Shown: positions 12,277 to 26,371 of the stretch, piece by piece
How positions within the stretch are numbered: position 1 is the first letter of the stretch
Layout: each line of letters opens with the position of its first letter
NCBI GenBank assembly: GCA_032718475.1
Contig: JAUCBJ010008156.1
Span: 27,696 to 91,695, forward strand
From: Nemertoderma westbladi
Taxonomy: Eukaryota > Animalia > Xenacoelomorpha
Direction of reading: 5' to 3'
DNA length: 64,000 nt
The notes under the pieces: model-generated
Seen by the model: only the letters and a program-made list of their open reading frames with translations
Database searches by the model: none
Told to the model about the DNA's origin: nothing
Translations under genes and position numbers: made by a program

Positions 12277-15200
12277 CAATGTGTTTGTACCCGGCAGCAA
12301 ACAATGTGTGTGTACCCGGCAGCAAACAATGTGTGTGTACCCCGCAAGCAAACAATGTGTGTGTACCCGGCAGCAAACAATGTGTGTGTACCCGGCAGCA
12401 AACCAATGTGTGCGAACCCGGCAGCAAATAATGTGTGTGTACCCGGCAGCAAACAATGTGTGTGTACCCGGCACCAAACCAATGTGTGTGTACCCGGCAT
12501 CAAACCAATGTGTGTGTATCCGGCAGCAAACCAATGTGTGTGTACCCGGCAGCAAACCAATGTGTGTGTAGCCGGCAGCAAACAATGTGGGTGTAGCCCG
12601 CAGCAACCAATGTGCGTGTACCCGGCAGCAAACCAATGTGTGCGAACCCCGCAGCAAATAATGTGTGTGTACCCGGCACCAAACCAATGTGTGTGTACTC
12701 GGCATCAAACCAATGTGTGTGTATCCGGCAGCAAACCAATGTGTGTGTACCCGGCAGCAAACCAATGTGTGTGTAGCCGGCAGCAAACAATGTGGGTGTA
12801 GCCGGCAGCAAACAATGTGCGTCTACCCGGCAGCAAACCAATGTGTGCGAACCCGGCAGCAAATAATGTGTGTGTTCCCGGCCGCAAACCAATGTGTGTG
12901 TACCCGGCAGCAAACCAATGTGTGTGTACCCGGCAGCAAACCAATGTGTGTGTACCCGGCAGCAAACCAATGTGTGTGTAGCCGGCAGCAAACAATGTGC
13001 GTGTACCCGGCAGCAAACCAATGTGTGCAAACCCGGCAGCAAATAATGTGTGTGTAGCCGGCAGCAAACAATGTGGGTGTAGCCCGCAGCAACCAATGTG
13101 CGTGTACCCGGCAGCAAACCAATGTGTGCGAACCCCGCAGCAAATAATGTGTGTGTACCCGGCACCAAACCAATGTGTGTGTACTCGGCATCAAACCAAT
13201 GTGTGTGTATCCGGCAGCAAACCAATGTGTGTGTACCCGGCAGCAAACCAATGTGTGTGTAGCCGGCAGCAAACAATGTGGGTGTAGCCGGCAGCAAACA
13301 ATGTGCGTCTACCCGGCAGCAAACCAATGTGTGCGAACCCGGCAGCAAATAATGTGTGTGTTCCCGGCCGCAAACCATTGTGTGTGTACCCGGCAGCAAA
13401 CCAATGTGTGTGTATCCGGCAGCAAATAATGTGTGTGTTCCCGGCCGCAAACCAATGTGTGTGTACCCGGCAGCAAACCAATGTGTGTGTACCCGGCAGC
13501 AAACAATGTGTGTGTACCCGGCAGCAAACAATGTGGGTGTAGCCGGCAGCAAACAATGTGCGTCTACCCGGCAGCAAACCAATGTGTGCGAACCCGGCAG
13601 CAAATAATGTGTGTGTTCCCGGCCGCAAACCAATGTGTGTGTACCCGGCAGCAAACCAATGTGTGTGTTCCCGGCCGCAAACCAATGTGTGTGTACCCGG
13701 CAGCAAACCAATGTGTGTGTATCCGGCAGCAAATAATGTGTGTGTTCCCGGCCGCAAACCAATGTGTGTGTACCCGGCAGCAAACCAATGTGTGTGTACC
13801 CGGCAGCAAACAATGTGTGTGTACCCGGCAGCAAACAATGTGGGTGTAGCCGGCAGCAAACAATGTGCGTCTACCCGGCAGCAAACCAATGTGTGCGAAC
13901 CCGGCAGCAAATAATGTGTGTGTTCCCGGCCGCAAACCAATGTGTGTGTACCCGGCAGCAAACCAATGTGTGTGTATCCGGCAGCAAATAATGTGTGTGT
14001 TCCCGGCCGCAAACCAATGTGTGTGTACCCGGCAGCAAACCAATGTGTGCGAACCCGGCAGCAAATAATGTGTGTGTTCCCGGCCGCAAACCAATGTGTG
14101 TGTACCCGGCAGCAAACCAATGTGTGTGTACCCGGCAGCAAACCAATGTGTGTGTATCCGGCAGCAAATAATGTGTGTGTTCCCGGCCGCAAACCAATGT
14201 GTGTGTACCCGGCAGCAAACCAATGTGTGCGAACCCCGCAGCAAATAATGTGTGTGTACCCGGCACCAAACCAATGTGTGTGTACTCGGCATCAAACCAA
14301 TGTGTGTGTATCCGGCAGCAAACCAATGTGTGTGTACCCGGCAGCAAACCAATGTGTGTGTAGCCGGCAGCAAACAATGTGGGTGTAGCCGGCAGCAAAC
14401 AATGTGCGTCTACCCGGCAGCAAACCAATGTGTGCGAACCCGGCAGCAAATAATGTGTGTGTTCCCGGCCGCAAACCAATGTGTGTGTACCCGGCAGCAA
14501 ACCAATGTGTGTGTACCCGGTAGCAAACCAATGTGTGTGTACCGGGCAGCAAACCAATGTGTGTGTACCCGGCATCAAACCAATGTGTGTGTACCCGGCA
14601 GCAAACCAATGTGTTGTGTACCCGGCAGCAAACCAATGTGTGTGTACCCGGCATCAAACCAATGTGTGTGTACCCGGCAGCAAACAATGTGTGTGTACCC
14701 GGCAGCAAACCAATGTGTGTGTATCCGGCAGCAAATCTATGTGTGTGTACCCGGCAGCAAACCAATGTGTGTGTAGCCGGCAGCAAACAATGTGGGTGTA
14801 GCCGGCAGCAAACAATGTGCGTGTACCCGGCAGCAAACCAATGTGTGCGAACCCAGCAGCAAATAATGTGTGTTCCCGGCCGCAAACCAATGTGTGCGAA
14901 CCCAGCAGCAAATAATGTGTGTTCCCGGCAGCAAACCAATGTGTGTGTACCCGGCAGCCAACAATGTGTGTGTACCCGGCAGCAAACCAATGTGTGTACC
15001 CGGCATCAAACCAAAGTGTTTGTACCGGGCAGCAAACCAATGCATGTGTGTGTACCCGGCAGCAAACAATGTGTGTGTACCCGGCAGCAAACCAATGTGT
15101 GTGTACCCGGCAGCAAACCAATGTGTGTGTACCCGGCAGCCAACAATGTGTGTGTACCCGGCAGCAAACCAATGTGTGTACCCGGCATCAAACCAAAGTG

Positions 15201-18200
15201 TTTGTACCGGGCAGCAAACCAATATGTGTGTACCCAGCATCAAATCAATGTGTGAACCCGGCAGCAAACCAATGTGTGTGTATCCGGCAGCAAACAGTGT
15301 GAGTGTACCCGGCAGCAAACCAATGTGTGTACCCGGCATCAAACCAAAGTGTTTGTACCGGGCAGCAAACCAATATGTGTGTACCCAGCATCAAATCAAT
15401 GTGTGAACCCGGCAGCAAACCAATTTGTGTGTATCCGGCAGCAAACAGTGTGTGTGTACCCGGCAGCAAACCAATGTGTGTGTACCCGGCATCAAACCAA
15501 TGTGTGTGTACCCGGCAGCAAACAATGTGTGTGTACCCGGCAGCAAACCAATGTGTGTACCCAGCATCAAACCAAAGTGTTTGTACCGGGCAGCAAACCA
15601 ATGTGTGTGTACCCGGCAGCAAACAATGTGTGTGTACCCGGCAGCAAACCAATGTGTGTGTACCCGGCAGCAAACCAATGTGTGTGTACCCGGCATCAAA
15701 CCAATGTGTGTGTACCCGGCAGCAAACCAATGTGTGTGTATCCGGCAGCAAATATATGTGTGTGTACCCGGCATCAAACCAATGTGTGTGTACCCGGCAG
15801 CAAACCAATGTGTGTGTACCCGGCATCAAACCAATATGTGTGTACCCGGCAGCAAACCAATGTGTGTGTACCCGGCAGCAAACAATGTGTGTGAACCCGG
15901 CAGCAAACCAATGTGTGTGTATCCGGCAGCAAACAGTGTGTGTGTACCCGGCAGCAAACCAATGTGTGTGTACCCGGCAGCAAACCAATGTGTGTGTACC
16001 CGGCATCAAACCAATGTGTGTGTACCCGGCAGCAAACCAATGTGTGTGTATCCGGCAGCAAATATATGTGTGTGTACCCGGCATCAAACCAATGTGTGTG
16101 TACCCGGCAGCAAACCAATGTGTGTGTACCCGGCATCAAACCAATATGTGTGTACCCGGCAGCAAACCAATGTGTGTGTACCCGGCAGCAAACAATGTGT
16201 GTGTACCGGCAGCAAACCAATGTGTGTGTACCCGGCATCAAACCAATGTGTGTGTACCCGGCAGCAAACCAATGTGTGTGTACCCGGCATCAAACCAATG
16301 TGTGTGTATCCGGCAGCAAACAGTGTGTGTGTACCCGGCAGCAAACCAATGTGTGTGTACCCGGCATCAAACCAATGTGTATGTACCCGGCAGCAAACCA
16401 ATGTGTGTGTACCCGGCAGCAAACAATGTGTGTGTACCGGCAGCAAACCAATGTGTGTGTAGCCGGCAGCAAACAATGTGGGTGTAGCCGGCAGCAAACA
16501 ATGTGCGTGTACCCGGCAGCAAACCAATGTGTGTGTATCCGGCAGCAAACAGTGTGTGTGTACCCGGCAGCAAACAATGTGCGTGTACCCGGCAGCAAAC
16601 CAATTAGTGTGTACCCGGCAGCAAACAATGTGTGTGTACCGGCAGCAAACCAATGTGTGTGTATCCGGCAGCAAACAGTGTGTGTGTACCCGGCAGCAAA
16701 CCAATGTGTGTGTACCCGGCAGCAAACCAATGTGTGTGTACCCGGCATCAAACCAATGTGTATGTACCCGGCAGCAAACCAATGTGTGTGTACCCGGCAG
16801 CAAACAATGTGTGTGTACCCGGCAGCAAACCAATGTGTGTGTACCCGGCAGCAAACCAATGTGTGTGTAGCCGGCAGCAAACAATGTGGGTGTAGCCGGC
16901 AGCAAACAATGTGCGTGTACCCGGCAGCAAACCAATGTGTGTGTACCCGGCAGCAAACAATGTGTGTGTACCCGGCAGCAAACCAATGTGTGTGTACCCG
17001 GCATCAAACCAATGTGTGTGTACCCGGCAGCAAACCAATGTCTGTGTAGCCGGCAGCAAACAATGTGGGTGTAGCCGGCAGCAAACAATGTGCGTGTACC
17101 CGGCAGCAAACCAATGTGTGCGAACCCGGCAGCAAATAATGTGTGTTCCCGGCCGCAAACCAATGTGTGTGTACCCGGCATCAAACCAATATGTGTGTTC
17201 CCGGCCGCAAACCAATGTGTGTGTACCCGGCATCAAACCAATGTGTATGTACCCGGCAGCAAACCAATGTGTGTGTACCCGGCAGCAAACCAATGTGTGT
17301 GTAGCCGGCATCAAACCAATGTGTGTGTACCCGGCAGCAAACCAATGTGTGTGTAGCCGGCAGCAAACAATGTGGGTGTAGCCGGCAGCAAACAATGTGC
17401 GTGTACCCGGCAGCAAACCAATGTGTGCGAACCCGGCAGCAAATAATGTGTGTTCCCGGCCGCAAACCAATGTGTGTGTACCCGGCAGCAAACCAATGTG
17501 TGTGTATCCGGCAGCAAATCTATGTGTGTGTACCCGGCATCAAACCAAAGTGTTTGTACCGGGCAGCAAACAAATGTGTGTGTACCCGGCAGCAAACCAA
17601 TGTGTGTGTATCCGGCAGCAAATCTATGTGTGTGTACCCGGCATCAAACCAAAGTGTTTGTACCGGGCAGCAAACCAATGTGTGTGTACCCGGCAGCAAA
17701 CAATGTGTGTGTACCCGGCAGCAAACCAATGTGTGTGTACCCGGCAGCAAACCAATGTGTGTGTACCCGGCAGCAAACCAATGTGTGTGTACCCGGCAGC
17801 AAACAATGTGTGTGTACCCGGCAGCAAACCAATGTGTGTGTACCCGGCAGCAAACCAATGTGTGTGTACCCGGCAGCAAACCAATGTGTGTGTACCCGGC
17901 AGCAAACGAATGTGTGTGTACCCGGCAGCAAACCAATGTGTGTGTACCCGGCAGCAAACCAATGTGTGTGTACCCGGCATCAAACCAATGTGTGTGTACC
18001 CGGCAGCAAACAATGTGTGTGTACCCGGCTGCAAACCAATGTGTGTGTACCCGGCAGCAAACCAATGTGTGTGTACCCGGCAGCAAACAATGTGTGTGTA
18101 CCCGGCAGCAAACAATGTGTGTGTACCGGGCAGCAAACCAATGTGTGTGTACCCGGCAGCAAACCAATGTGTGTGTACCCGGCAGCAAACCAATGTGTGT

Positions 18201-19717
18201 GTACCCGGCAGCAAACCAATGTGTGTGTACCCGGCATCAAACCAATGTGTGTGTACCCGGCAGCAAACCAATGTGTGTGTACCCGGCTGCAAACCAATGT
18301 GTGTGTACCCGGCAGCAAACCAATGTGTGTGTACCCGGCAGCAAACAATGTGTGTGTACCCGGCAGCAAACCAATGTGTGTGTACCCGGCAGCAAACCAA
18401 TGTGTGTGTACCCGGCAGCCAACAATGTGTGTGTACCCGGCAGCAAACCAATGTGTGTACCCGGCATCAAACCAAAGTGTTTGTACCGGGCAGCAAACCA
18501 ATGCATGTGTACCCGGCAGCAAACAATGTGTGTGTACCCGGCAGCAAACCAATGTGTGTGTACCCGGCAGCAAACCAATGTGTGTGTACCCGGCAGCAAA
18601 CAATGTGTGTGTACCCGGCAGCAAACCAATGTGTGTACCCGGCATCAAACCAAAGTGTTTGTACCGGGCAGCAAACCAATATGTGTGTACCCAGCATCAA
18701 ATCAATGTGTGAACCCGGCAGCAAACCAATGTGTGTGTATCCGGCAGCAAACAGTGTGTGTGTACCCGGCAGCAAACCAAGTGTGTGTACCCGGCATCAA
18801 ACCAAAGTGTTTGTACCGGGCAGCAAACCAATATGTGTGTACCCAGCATCAAATCAATGTGTGAACCCGGCAGCAAACCAATGTGTGTGTATCCGGCAGC
18901 AAACAGTGTGTGTGTACCCGGCAGCAAACCAATGTGTGTGTACCCGGCATCAAACCAATGTGTGTGTACCCGGCAGCAAACAATGTGTGTGTACCCGGCA
19001 GCAAACCGATGTGTGTGTACCCGGCATCAAACCAATAGTGTGTGTACCCGGCAGCAAACCAATGTGTGTGTACCCGGCAGCAAACAATGTGTGTGAACCC
19101 GGCAGCAAACCAATGTGTGTGTATCCGGCAGCAAACAGTGTGTGTGTACCCGGCAGCAAACCAATGTGTGTGTACCCGGCATCAAACCAATGTGTGTGTA
19201 CCCGGCAGCAAACCAATGTGTGTGTACCCGGCATCAAACCAATGTGTGTGTACCCGGCAGCAAACCAATGTGTGTGTATCCGGCAGCAAATCTATGTGTG
19301 TGTACCCGGCATCAAACCAATGTGTGTGTACCGGGCAGCAAACAATGTGTGTGTACCCGGCAGCAAACCAATGTGTGTGTACCCGGCAGCAAACCAATGT
19401 GTGTGTACCCGGCATGCAAACCAATGTGTGTGTACCCGGCAGCAAACCAATGTGTGTGTACCCGGCAGCAAACCAATGTGTGTGTACCCGGCATCAAACC
19501 AATGTGTGTGTACCCGGCAGCAAACCAATGTGTGTGTACCCGGCAGCAAACCAATGTGTGTGTAGCCGGCATCAAACCAATGTGTGTGTACCCGGCAGCA
19601 AACCAAAGTGTGTGTAGCCGGCAGCAAACAATGTGTGTGTACCCAGCAGCAAACAATGTGTGTGTACCCGGCAGCAAACCAATGTGTGTACCCGGCATCA
19701 AACCAAAGTGTGTGTGT
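12277..19717. repeat. 25-26-bp minisatellite (AATGTGTGTGTACCCGGCAGCAAACC), ~7.4 kb, roughly 290 units
   Basis: Directly visible tandem array with recurring variant units. Confidence 0.98.
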
Positions 19718-20264
19718 TTAGCGCATTTGATAAAAAATATGTTCTTTCAATCTCAATTTCATATATTGTGACGCTTTCCTGTTGTTTCATAAAACACATG
19801 CAAAATGAACCCTAATTGTCCAGTCTGATACAAATGAGCGGGATGGCGCTAGTGTACCTTCAACGAAGGCCGTTCAAGTGTATCTGTTTATTTCCCCTTT
19901 CTCCCTTCGATGTATTGATTTACTCTATTTTTGACTTAGTCTAATACGGTATTTGATCGGTATTTGATTATATTTAACTGATATTACAGTAACGAGAGGG
20001 TGTGGTAACACAGTATAACAAACAAATGTCTGACTAATTAATTATGTAAGGACTCAAGTCTGGCGACTGTGTTTCCCTTTAGAGGAAACGTAGTGTAACA
20101 AGTCTTTGGTCTAATTATATTGATATAGCTACCGTATTCAATTTGTGACAACTCTCGATCGTGATATAGTTAATAATAAGAGCTTTGCTTACAATCGCCA
20201 TATATATTATATATATATATTTATATTATATATATATATTGAAATATAGAGGTTATTCTATACA

Positions 20265-20314
20265 TACCCTCGAAACAGGAAAAGGGCCCCCTGGACTGAC
20301 AACAAAATTCAGAA
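20265..20314 (+). mobile_element. 50-bp internal fragment of the RTE element
   Basis: TACCCTCGAAACAGGAAAAGGGCCCCCTGGACTGACAACAAAATTCAGAA matches ~7268-7317. Confidence 0.9.
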
Positions 20315-21263
20315 ATGACAAAATGACTAACCTGCGAGTCTCCACTGTTTCTGGATGCATCGTCGGGCGGAGTAAGTGGCCTCCGCTGGATATTCTCCGT
20401 CATCGGCAGCACCTCACCTGGTACTACTACTCCACTCTGTATCAACCAATTGGTGACTTCTCTCTGATATCGGCGCTCCTCCTTGTCTTGAGTCTCTTCT
20501 AGTTCCACTAGATCTCTTAATTTCGCATCACTGACTTAATTCGCCTGGGCTTGCGAATTCCATAGTAACCAGTTCTCCGTCCTAACCCGTCGGAATCGCT
20601 CTGACAATGTGCGGTGCTCCAATAAGATAGCTAAAGCCTTATCGTAGATCCACGTTGCTATGTCATTCAACTGGGAGTCCACTGCCCTTTTTGCTAGAAC
20701 TGCTAGCTCCTCTGTCTGCTTAAACAGCGCTGAGATGTAGCCCTTTCTAAGTTCTACTAAACCTTCTCTTTCGATACTACCAGAATTGTCTAGCATCTTT
20801 CTTACCTTGTCCATCGTCCGGGTTTTATGTCCGGCATGCGCGCGGAGTTTCTTCTTTAAGGCAATGTCTTGCTCTCTCGGTAGACTTGAGGGATTATTAC
20901 GGGAACTCCGGGTGCTCCTCACTGCCACTGGGACCACAGCACTGACCATACCTACAGGTCTGGAAACTGGGCTTTGGGCTCTCGCTCCAGCTAAACTGCC
21001 CTCCTTACTACTCACCTCTCACTGGGTTGGGCTGCTGTGCAATCCTTCTTTACAGTAGTAGTAGGGGACCCTACCAATATTACCTCACCTTGGTCTTCTT
21101 CACTAGTCACTATCTCATCCTCCTGTTCACTTACGTCAGCGTCACTCGCTGCGTCGTCATAGTCGGCATGGTCGTCAACAAACATGTTGACACTGTCATT
21201 AGTCGGCGGTCCAGCCACTGTCTCATAGCTGTCCTCTAGTGCCTCCTTCTCTGAGACACTCAT
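20315..21263 (-). pseudogene. BEL/Pao gag N-terminal fragment (disrupted), with probable 5' UTR up to ~22666
   Basis: LKKKLRAHAGHKTRTMDKV resembles element B ORF1 (IRSIGGHMAQITRNLGE); split over three short ORFs. Confidence 0.55.
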
Positions 21264-22666
21264 TGTTTAAAGTATATTGTTTGCCTTCTAGCCAAAATCT
21301 CGCAAAAATTCGAGATATATATATTAATTCAATCGAAATTTCGATTAAATTATTTGTCAAATAATGTATTTGGTTTCAAATGTCAAATGCAAAATCTTAA
21401 TTCACAATATAAAATATTATGAATTTAATTGTATAGTTATAGTAAATACCGGTATAATATTTAAACAAAAATATAGCCCTATAGCTATTATACAGCATTC
21501 AAATACTGGTGTGACACCAATATATTTTTGAATCTAATTCAAAAAATTCAAAAAAAATAAATCTGTCACCCAACAATATTTCTAATTGTATATATGTATA
21601 TATATAGCTCAAATCAGCCTAACTTTATTTTTAAATGTTATATATGTATCCACTGGCGTGTGGCTACCTACACCTTCAGGTCGCGACACTCTCTCTCTCC
21701 TCCAACTGAGCGATCCAAAACACCATGGCCGGCTAAATCTAACTATCCTAACTAATAAACTGAGTTCAGTTTCGTAGTTAAACAACCAGTAATTTTTTAC
21801 TGCTTCCACAAATACTCTGGTATCAACAGAACAACCAACCTTGTTCAGTGTGAGATTCCACGTCCGCGTCCTAGGCTTCAGTCTCGTTGCTGATTGCAAA
21901 CCGAACCCATAGGCCCAGACAAACCCCAACATCAGAAGTTCCATCTCGCCATGTATCTCCAGATGGTATAAAATAATTAGGCAGTTATCCAACATACCAG
22001 TAACTAAAACCCTAAATTTTATTATATATAATTTTGGCCGAAACTGAATTCTCACAAACCTAGCTACTAATTTTGAATTTACTAATTTTACAATTTACAA
22101 TTTACCCTAACGGCCCAACAAACTGCTGTATTTCAAATGATTAGTAAACAAATAAAGGCTATTTACTGTTGAACTATGTACGGCTCTGCCAATCATACAC
22201 ACTCCTTTCTCTGTCAGAATCCCAACAGAGAGCTAATTGTTCTAATTTATAAGCCAAACAGAACAACCAAAACAATAAATCCGATTTGGCTTCCTAAACT
22301 ACTTAATACGAGTGTGGGTGATTTAATACTCGGCGTTCACTTTCCACAGTGAAATACATGTAGTTTGTGGGGTGGAACAATGTCGAATGTGAGAATGTTT
22401 TAATATACAAAGGTGGGGGTATTAATTTCCTAATGTCGAAACTTTGACCTTGGGCTGAATGAATTCAGCGATTTTTTACTACTGCGCTACCCTAGCTACC
22501 ACTGTCAACCTGTTGACCCGCTACTTTCAAATAACCGCCTGGTGTTGAATATTCTAAGGTATTTCTAAATATAATTTACCCAACTATTCTCCGCTATGCA
22601 GCGTACAAACTCTTAATTTTATTCTAAGTGCTAAAGTAAATTACAGAAAAAATAATTAAATCAAAA

Positions 22667-23213
22667 TACTACTACTAGGAACGGCATGCTGCATTGCAGC
22701 TGCATTTTTAAGAATGGTGTGCCGGCTTATCGACAAAATTGCACCGCCACAACTCCCTATCACCCATGACATTAGCTAGATCATCCGCATCTTCAAGGCC
22801 AGTGTCCTTTAAGATGCGTCTCAAGAAAGTCATGGGCTGTCCACCATGCTTATTCACTCCGTGAGGCTGCCACAGTACAAGATTATGCACTGGCTGGTCC
22901 TCACAGCGAAAGCAATGTCCTGCAAAGCGGAGGCGATTTTGTTCTAGCGTCAAGCTTGGGGGAACCAATGAGACACCTCCAATGTTATATAGTGTCTGGT
23001 TGGAGATGTGTGCATTGTAATTGACACAATTAACCCAGCGTAGCATTCTTGTGAATGTGCCATCCAGAGATTTGGTGTCCTCTGCAGTTAGAGCCCAGCA
23101 TGGACTCCCATAGAGGAGTACTGGAGCTACTGCTGCTCTAAATAATCGGACCTTAAGTTTCCGATTAATTCTCGGTGACTTCCGAATCCTGGAAAGCCTA
23201 TTTAAGGCTGTCC
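22667..23213 (-). mobile_element. RTE copy 3, 5'-truncated (~545 bp)
   Basis: Matches the 3' end of copies 1 and 2 including the (TAG)n tail; slightly more diverged. Confidence 0.93.
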
Positions 23214-23266
23214 ATGTCCATGTCCATGTCCATGTCCATGTCCATGTCCATGTCCATGTCCATGTC
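23209..23266. repeat. (CATGTC)n microsatellite at the RTE truncation point
   Basis: About nine tandem hexamers followed by TGTCTCAAAAT repeats. Confidence 0.95.
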
Positions 23267-23510
23267 TCAAAATTGTCTCAAATGTCTCAAAATTACTAAG
23301 TATTCCAGAATTCGTATTACTAATTTATTACGTTACTGAGTTATACTAGCAACAGCCTAAATAATGTATTATGACCATTGACTTCTTTATTCCAACATAT
23401 GGAGCTTAGTAAAATTAATTAATTGAAACACAAATTTTCGTAAAATAAATAATAATAATATAATATAATATAAATATTAAAATACTGTTACTAAACTATA
23501 ATAAAATAAG

Positions 23511-25860
23511 TCACGGTTGATGGGGAAGTGGTTGGTCTACGCTCATCAGATACAGCGCGCATCTTAATGTAGACAGGTTGGCTGGCATTCCGGTGCATTG
23601 CAGGTAGTGGGCGGTAGATGTGGCACTATTATTGCACAACCAGCAAACACATTGATCAGTGGGTCTCCAGCAGTTCGAAATTTTACAAATCCGATGGTGG
23701 CAGCCGTTCGCCATTAACTGGGCTGCTGCACTGCGACGAAAACCGGATAGGTCCACGAGATTTATTTCCGCGTCATCGCAGTTATCTATTGCATTAAGGA
23801 TTGCAGTTGACGACGAGTATTTACTGATGCCGCACCAAAGTTTGTAGTAAAATGCTCGCACTCGATGGATGTGTTCCAGCCGCGGAACGTTTTCATTAGA
23901 TGTAAAAATAGTACATCCGTATGTTGTCGACGGGTAGATTACAGTTGCCCACAAACGTTTTGCCGTGGCTAACGATATATGATGTAGATTTACCTTAGTT
24001 GCAATACGAATAGAGCAGGCCACGCCTTTTTTGTATAAGTGCTGGAAGTGAGCTGTGGGACCATTTTTTGTTGCTAGCACTACGCCTAAGTAGTTGAACG
24101 TATTTTGAAACTCCAATAAAGTGCCATTATAATATAATTTATCACCAGAAGCTAATCGGCCACCTCTGCGGAATTTGACTGCCTTAGTTTTCTTTATATT
24201 GACCTTCAGGTCATTGACCCGACAATATTCTGATAATCTGTCCAGTGCGTCCTGGGTGACTGCGATCAAATCGCCGACTATGACGAGATCATCAGCGTAC
24301 ATTATGACGATGCAGCATGCGGCCATGAGGATAGATGGGAGGTCAGCAACGAACAAGCTGAATAAAAGGGGAGAGAGTTTGTCACCTTGCACTACTCCGA
24401 CCAATTGTGTGATTGGGTCCAATACATATGTTCCAATGCAAATACATACATAATTAACTGCGATTAGTGCCCATATAGCAGTGATAAATTTTCGACTGAT
24501 GCCATGTATTACTAGACGCTGACAAAGAGTTTCTCTGTTGATGGAGTCGAACGCCTTCAGTGAAGTCGACGAAAACACAATATGTATGGCCTCCGGCCGA
24601 CTGAAGAGCTATATTTATTATACCATATAGGTTCTTGACAGCCATCACCGTTGAGAGTCCTCGACGGAAGCCGTATTGAGCAGCAGGAAGGATGCCACTG
24701 ATCTCGGCAAACACGTACAGACGTTCAAACAGAATAGCGGTGTATAGTTTTAGTAGACACGAAAGGAGTGCTATGCCACGATAACTGTCAGGGGATGTCT
24801 TTTTGCCTTTTCCTTTATACAGTGGTATCAGATATGATGTCAACCAGGATATTGGGCAAACTCCCAGTGTGAGACAGAGGGACAACAGACTCAGAAGGAA
24901 CGGAAGAAGATGACCGAAACCGGATTTTAGCGCCTCGTTCGACACGCCATCTGGCCCCGTTGCTTTGTGGAGCTTGGCATTATTGACAGCGACCGTTATT
25001 TCCAATGGCTCTGTTTGTTTATCTAGTATATCATTTGGTTGATCTGGAATTGGCGGTAGTTGGGGTGAGTGTTTGGTTGAAAGCAACTCTGAGAAATGTG
25101 TGAACCAAGAATTGTTCTGACACTTGTTGAGCAACTGGTTTGACTTGGTCGCCGGTCTTCAGAATGTTCCAAAATTCCTGTTTGTCAGACTCGCACTCTT
25201 GAATTAACTTAAACTCTTTTTGGGCCTCGTACAATGTCTTTTTAGTATGCATCAACTTCTTATATGAACGAGCTAACTCCGAATATCTTTGCTTGTTTAG
25301 GGGTGTTGGCGCCCGTTTCATTAACTGAAAACTTGATATGAGTTCGTGTTTAGCCAGATAGCATTCTTGATTGAACCAAGGTTTGGAATTTCTCGGCTTA
25401 CTAGATAACGAAGAATTTGTAATAGCATTAGTTATGTAAGAACAGACATCGTCTACTCCATTGGCTATAGCAGATTGAAAATCCCCCGTCGTTAGAATGT
25501 GGCCTAATTTGTCTACATCAAGCCTCTTGATTGCTTTACAGCGCTCTTTCCTATAGTTGATGGGGCTTGTTGTTTCATATTTTATATAAACGCGCTGGTG
25601 TTTAGTGTTTGTAGTTGGGCGGATACTTACTGAGACCTTATCAGCCAATAGGTGGTCGACAAAAACGAGGTCGATTACGCTCTGACCATTCCAGGAGTAA
25701 AATGTTGGGATTGAGTGGTCGTTAATGCAGTTCAGTCCTGCGCCAAGTAGGCCACTGCATAGTGTGTCTCCACGATCATGAGGGCCATCTAAACGGCAGT
25801 TAAAATCACCTGTTAGCAGTATGGGAAGGATAGAAGTATAGAAGTATGGGAATGCACTTT
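23511..25860 (-). pseudogene. CR1-group (Daphne/L2-like) LINE ORF2, 5'-truncated, two frameshifts
   Basis: TGDFNCR and SVIDLVF (APE); QYGFRRG, GVVQGDKLSPLLF, MYADDL (RT); Cys-rich C-terminus CVCWLC...HYLQC. Clade assignment is tentative. Confidence 0.88.
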
Positions 25861-26371
25861 CTGCAGGTAGTAACATGAAAAAACGCCGCTTATAGCCTAA
25901 AAACACACTTCGACGTATAATATTCGAATATAGTTAAATAACTCTGGAAGCCCTGTGTTTTCTGAGTAGTAACACTGTGTACAAATTGGGAATAGTAACC
26001 CCAATTGCCTCACACTTTCTCAAGTCACTGGCACTGTCTCCTCGAAAGTTATAACCTTTTAACTGGTTCTGTAGGAAGTAACATGAAAAAACGCCGCTTA
26101 TAGCCTAAAAACACACTTCGACGTATAATATTCGAATATAGTTAAATAACTCTGGAAGCCCTGTGTTTTCTGAGTTGTAACACTGTGTACAAATTGGGAA
26201 TAGTAACCCAAATTGTCTCACACTTTCTCAAGTCACTGGCACTGTCTCCTCGAAAGTTAAAAGTATTCAACTATTTCTGTAGGTAGTAACATGAAAAAAC
26301 GCCGCTTATAGCCTAAAAACACACTCCCACCAATTATAATTGTATGTAGTTAAATAACTCTGGAAGCCCTG
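25861..26371 (+). repeat. 208-bp satellite, ~2.5 units left of element B
   Basis: Same monomer as 45225 onward; resumes in register after the insertion. Confidence 0.97.

Noticed and set aside
12277-19717. CRISPR-like array
   Set aside because: No unique spacers, no cas genes, eukaryotic context.
12177-19815. Many Cys/His-rich ORFs resembling metallothionein or keratin-associated proteins
   Set aside because: Artefacts of a stop-poor 25-26-bp minisatellite on both strands.
25861-25906. N-terminus MFLGYKRRFFMLLP of the LINE ORFs (also 61613)
   Set aside because: Read-in from satellite sequence, not part of the LINE.
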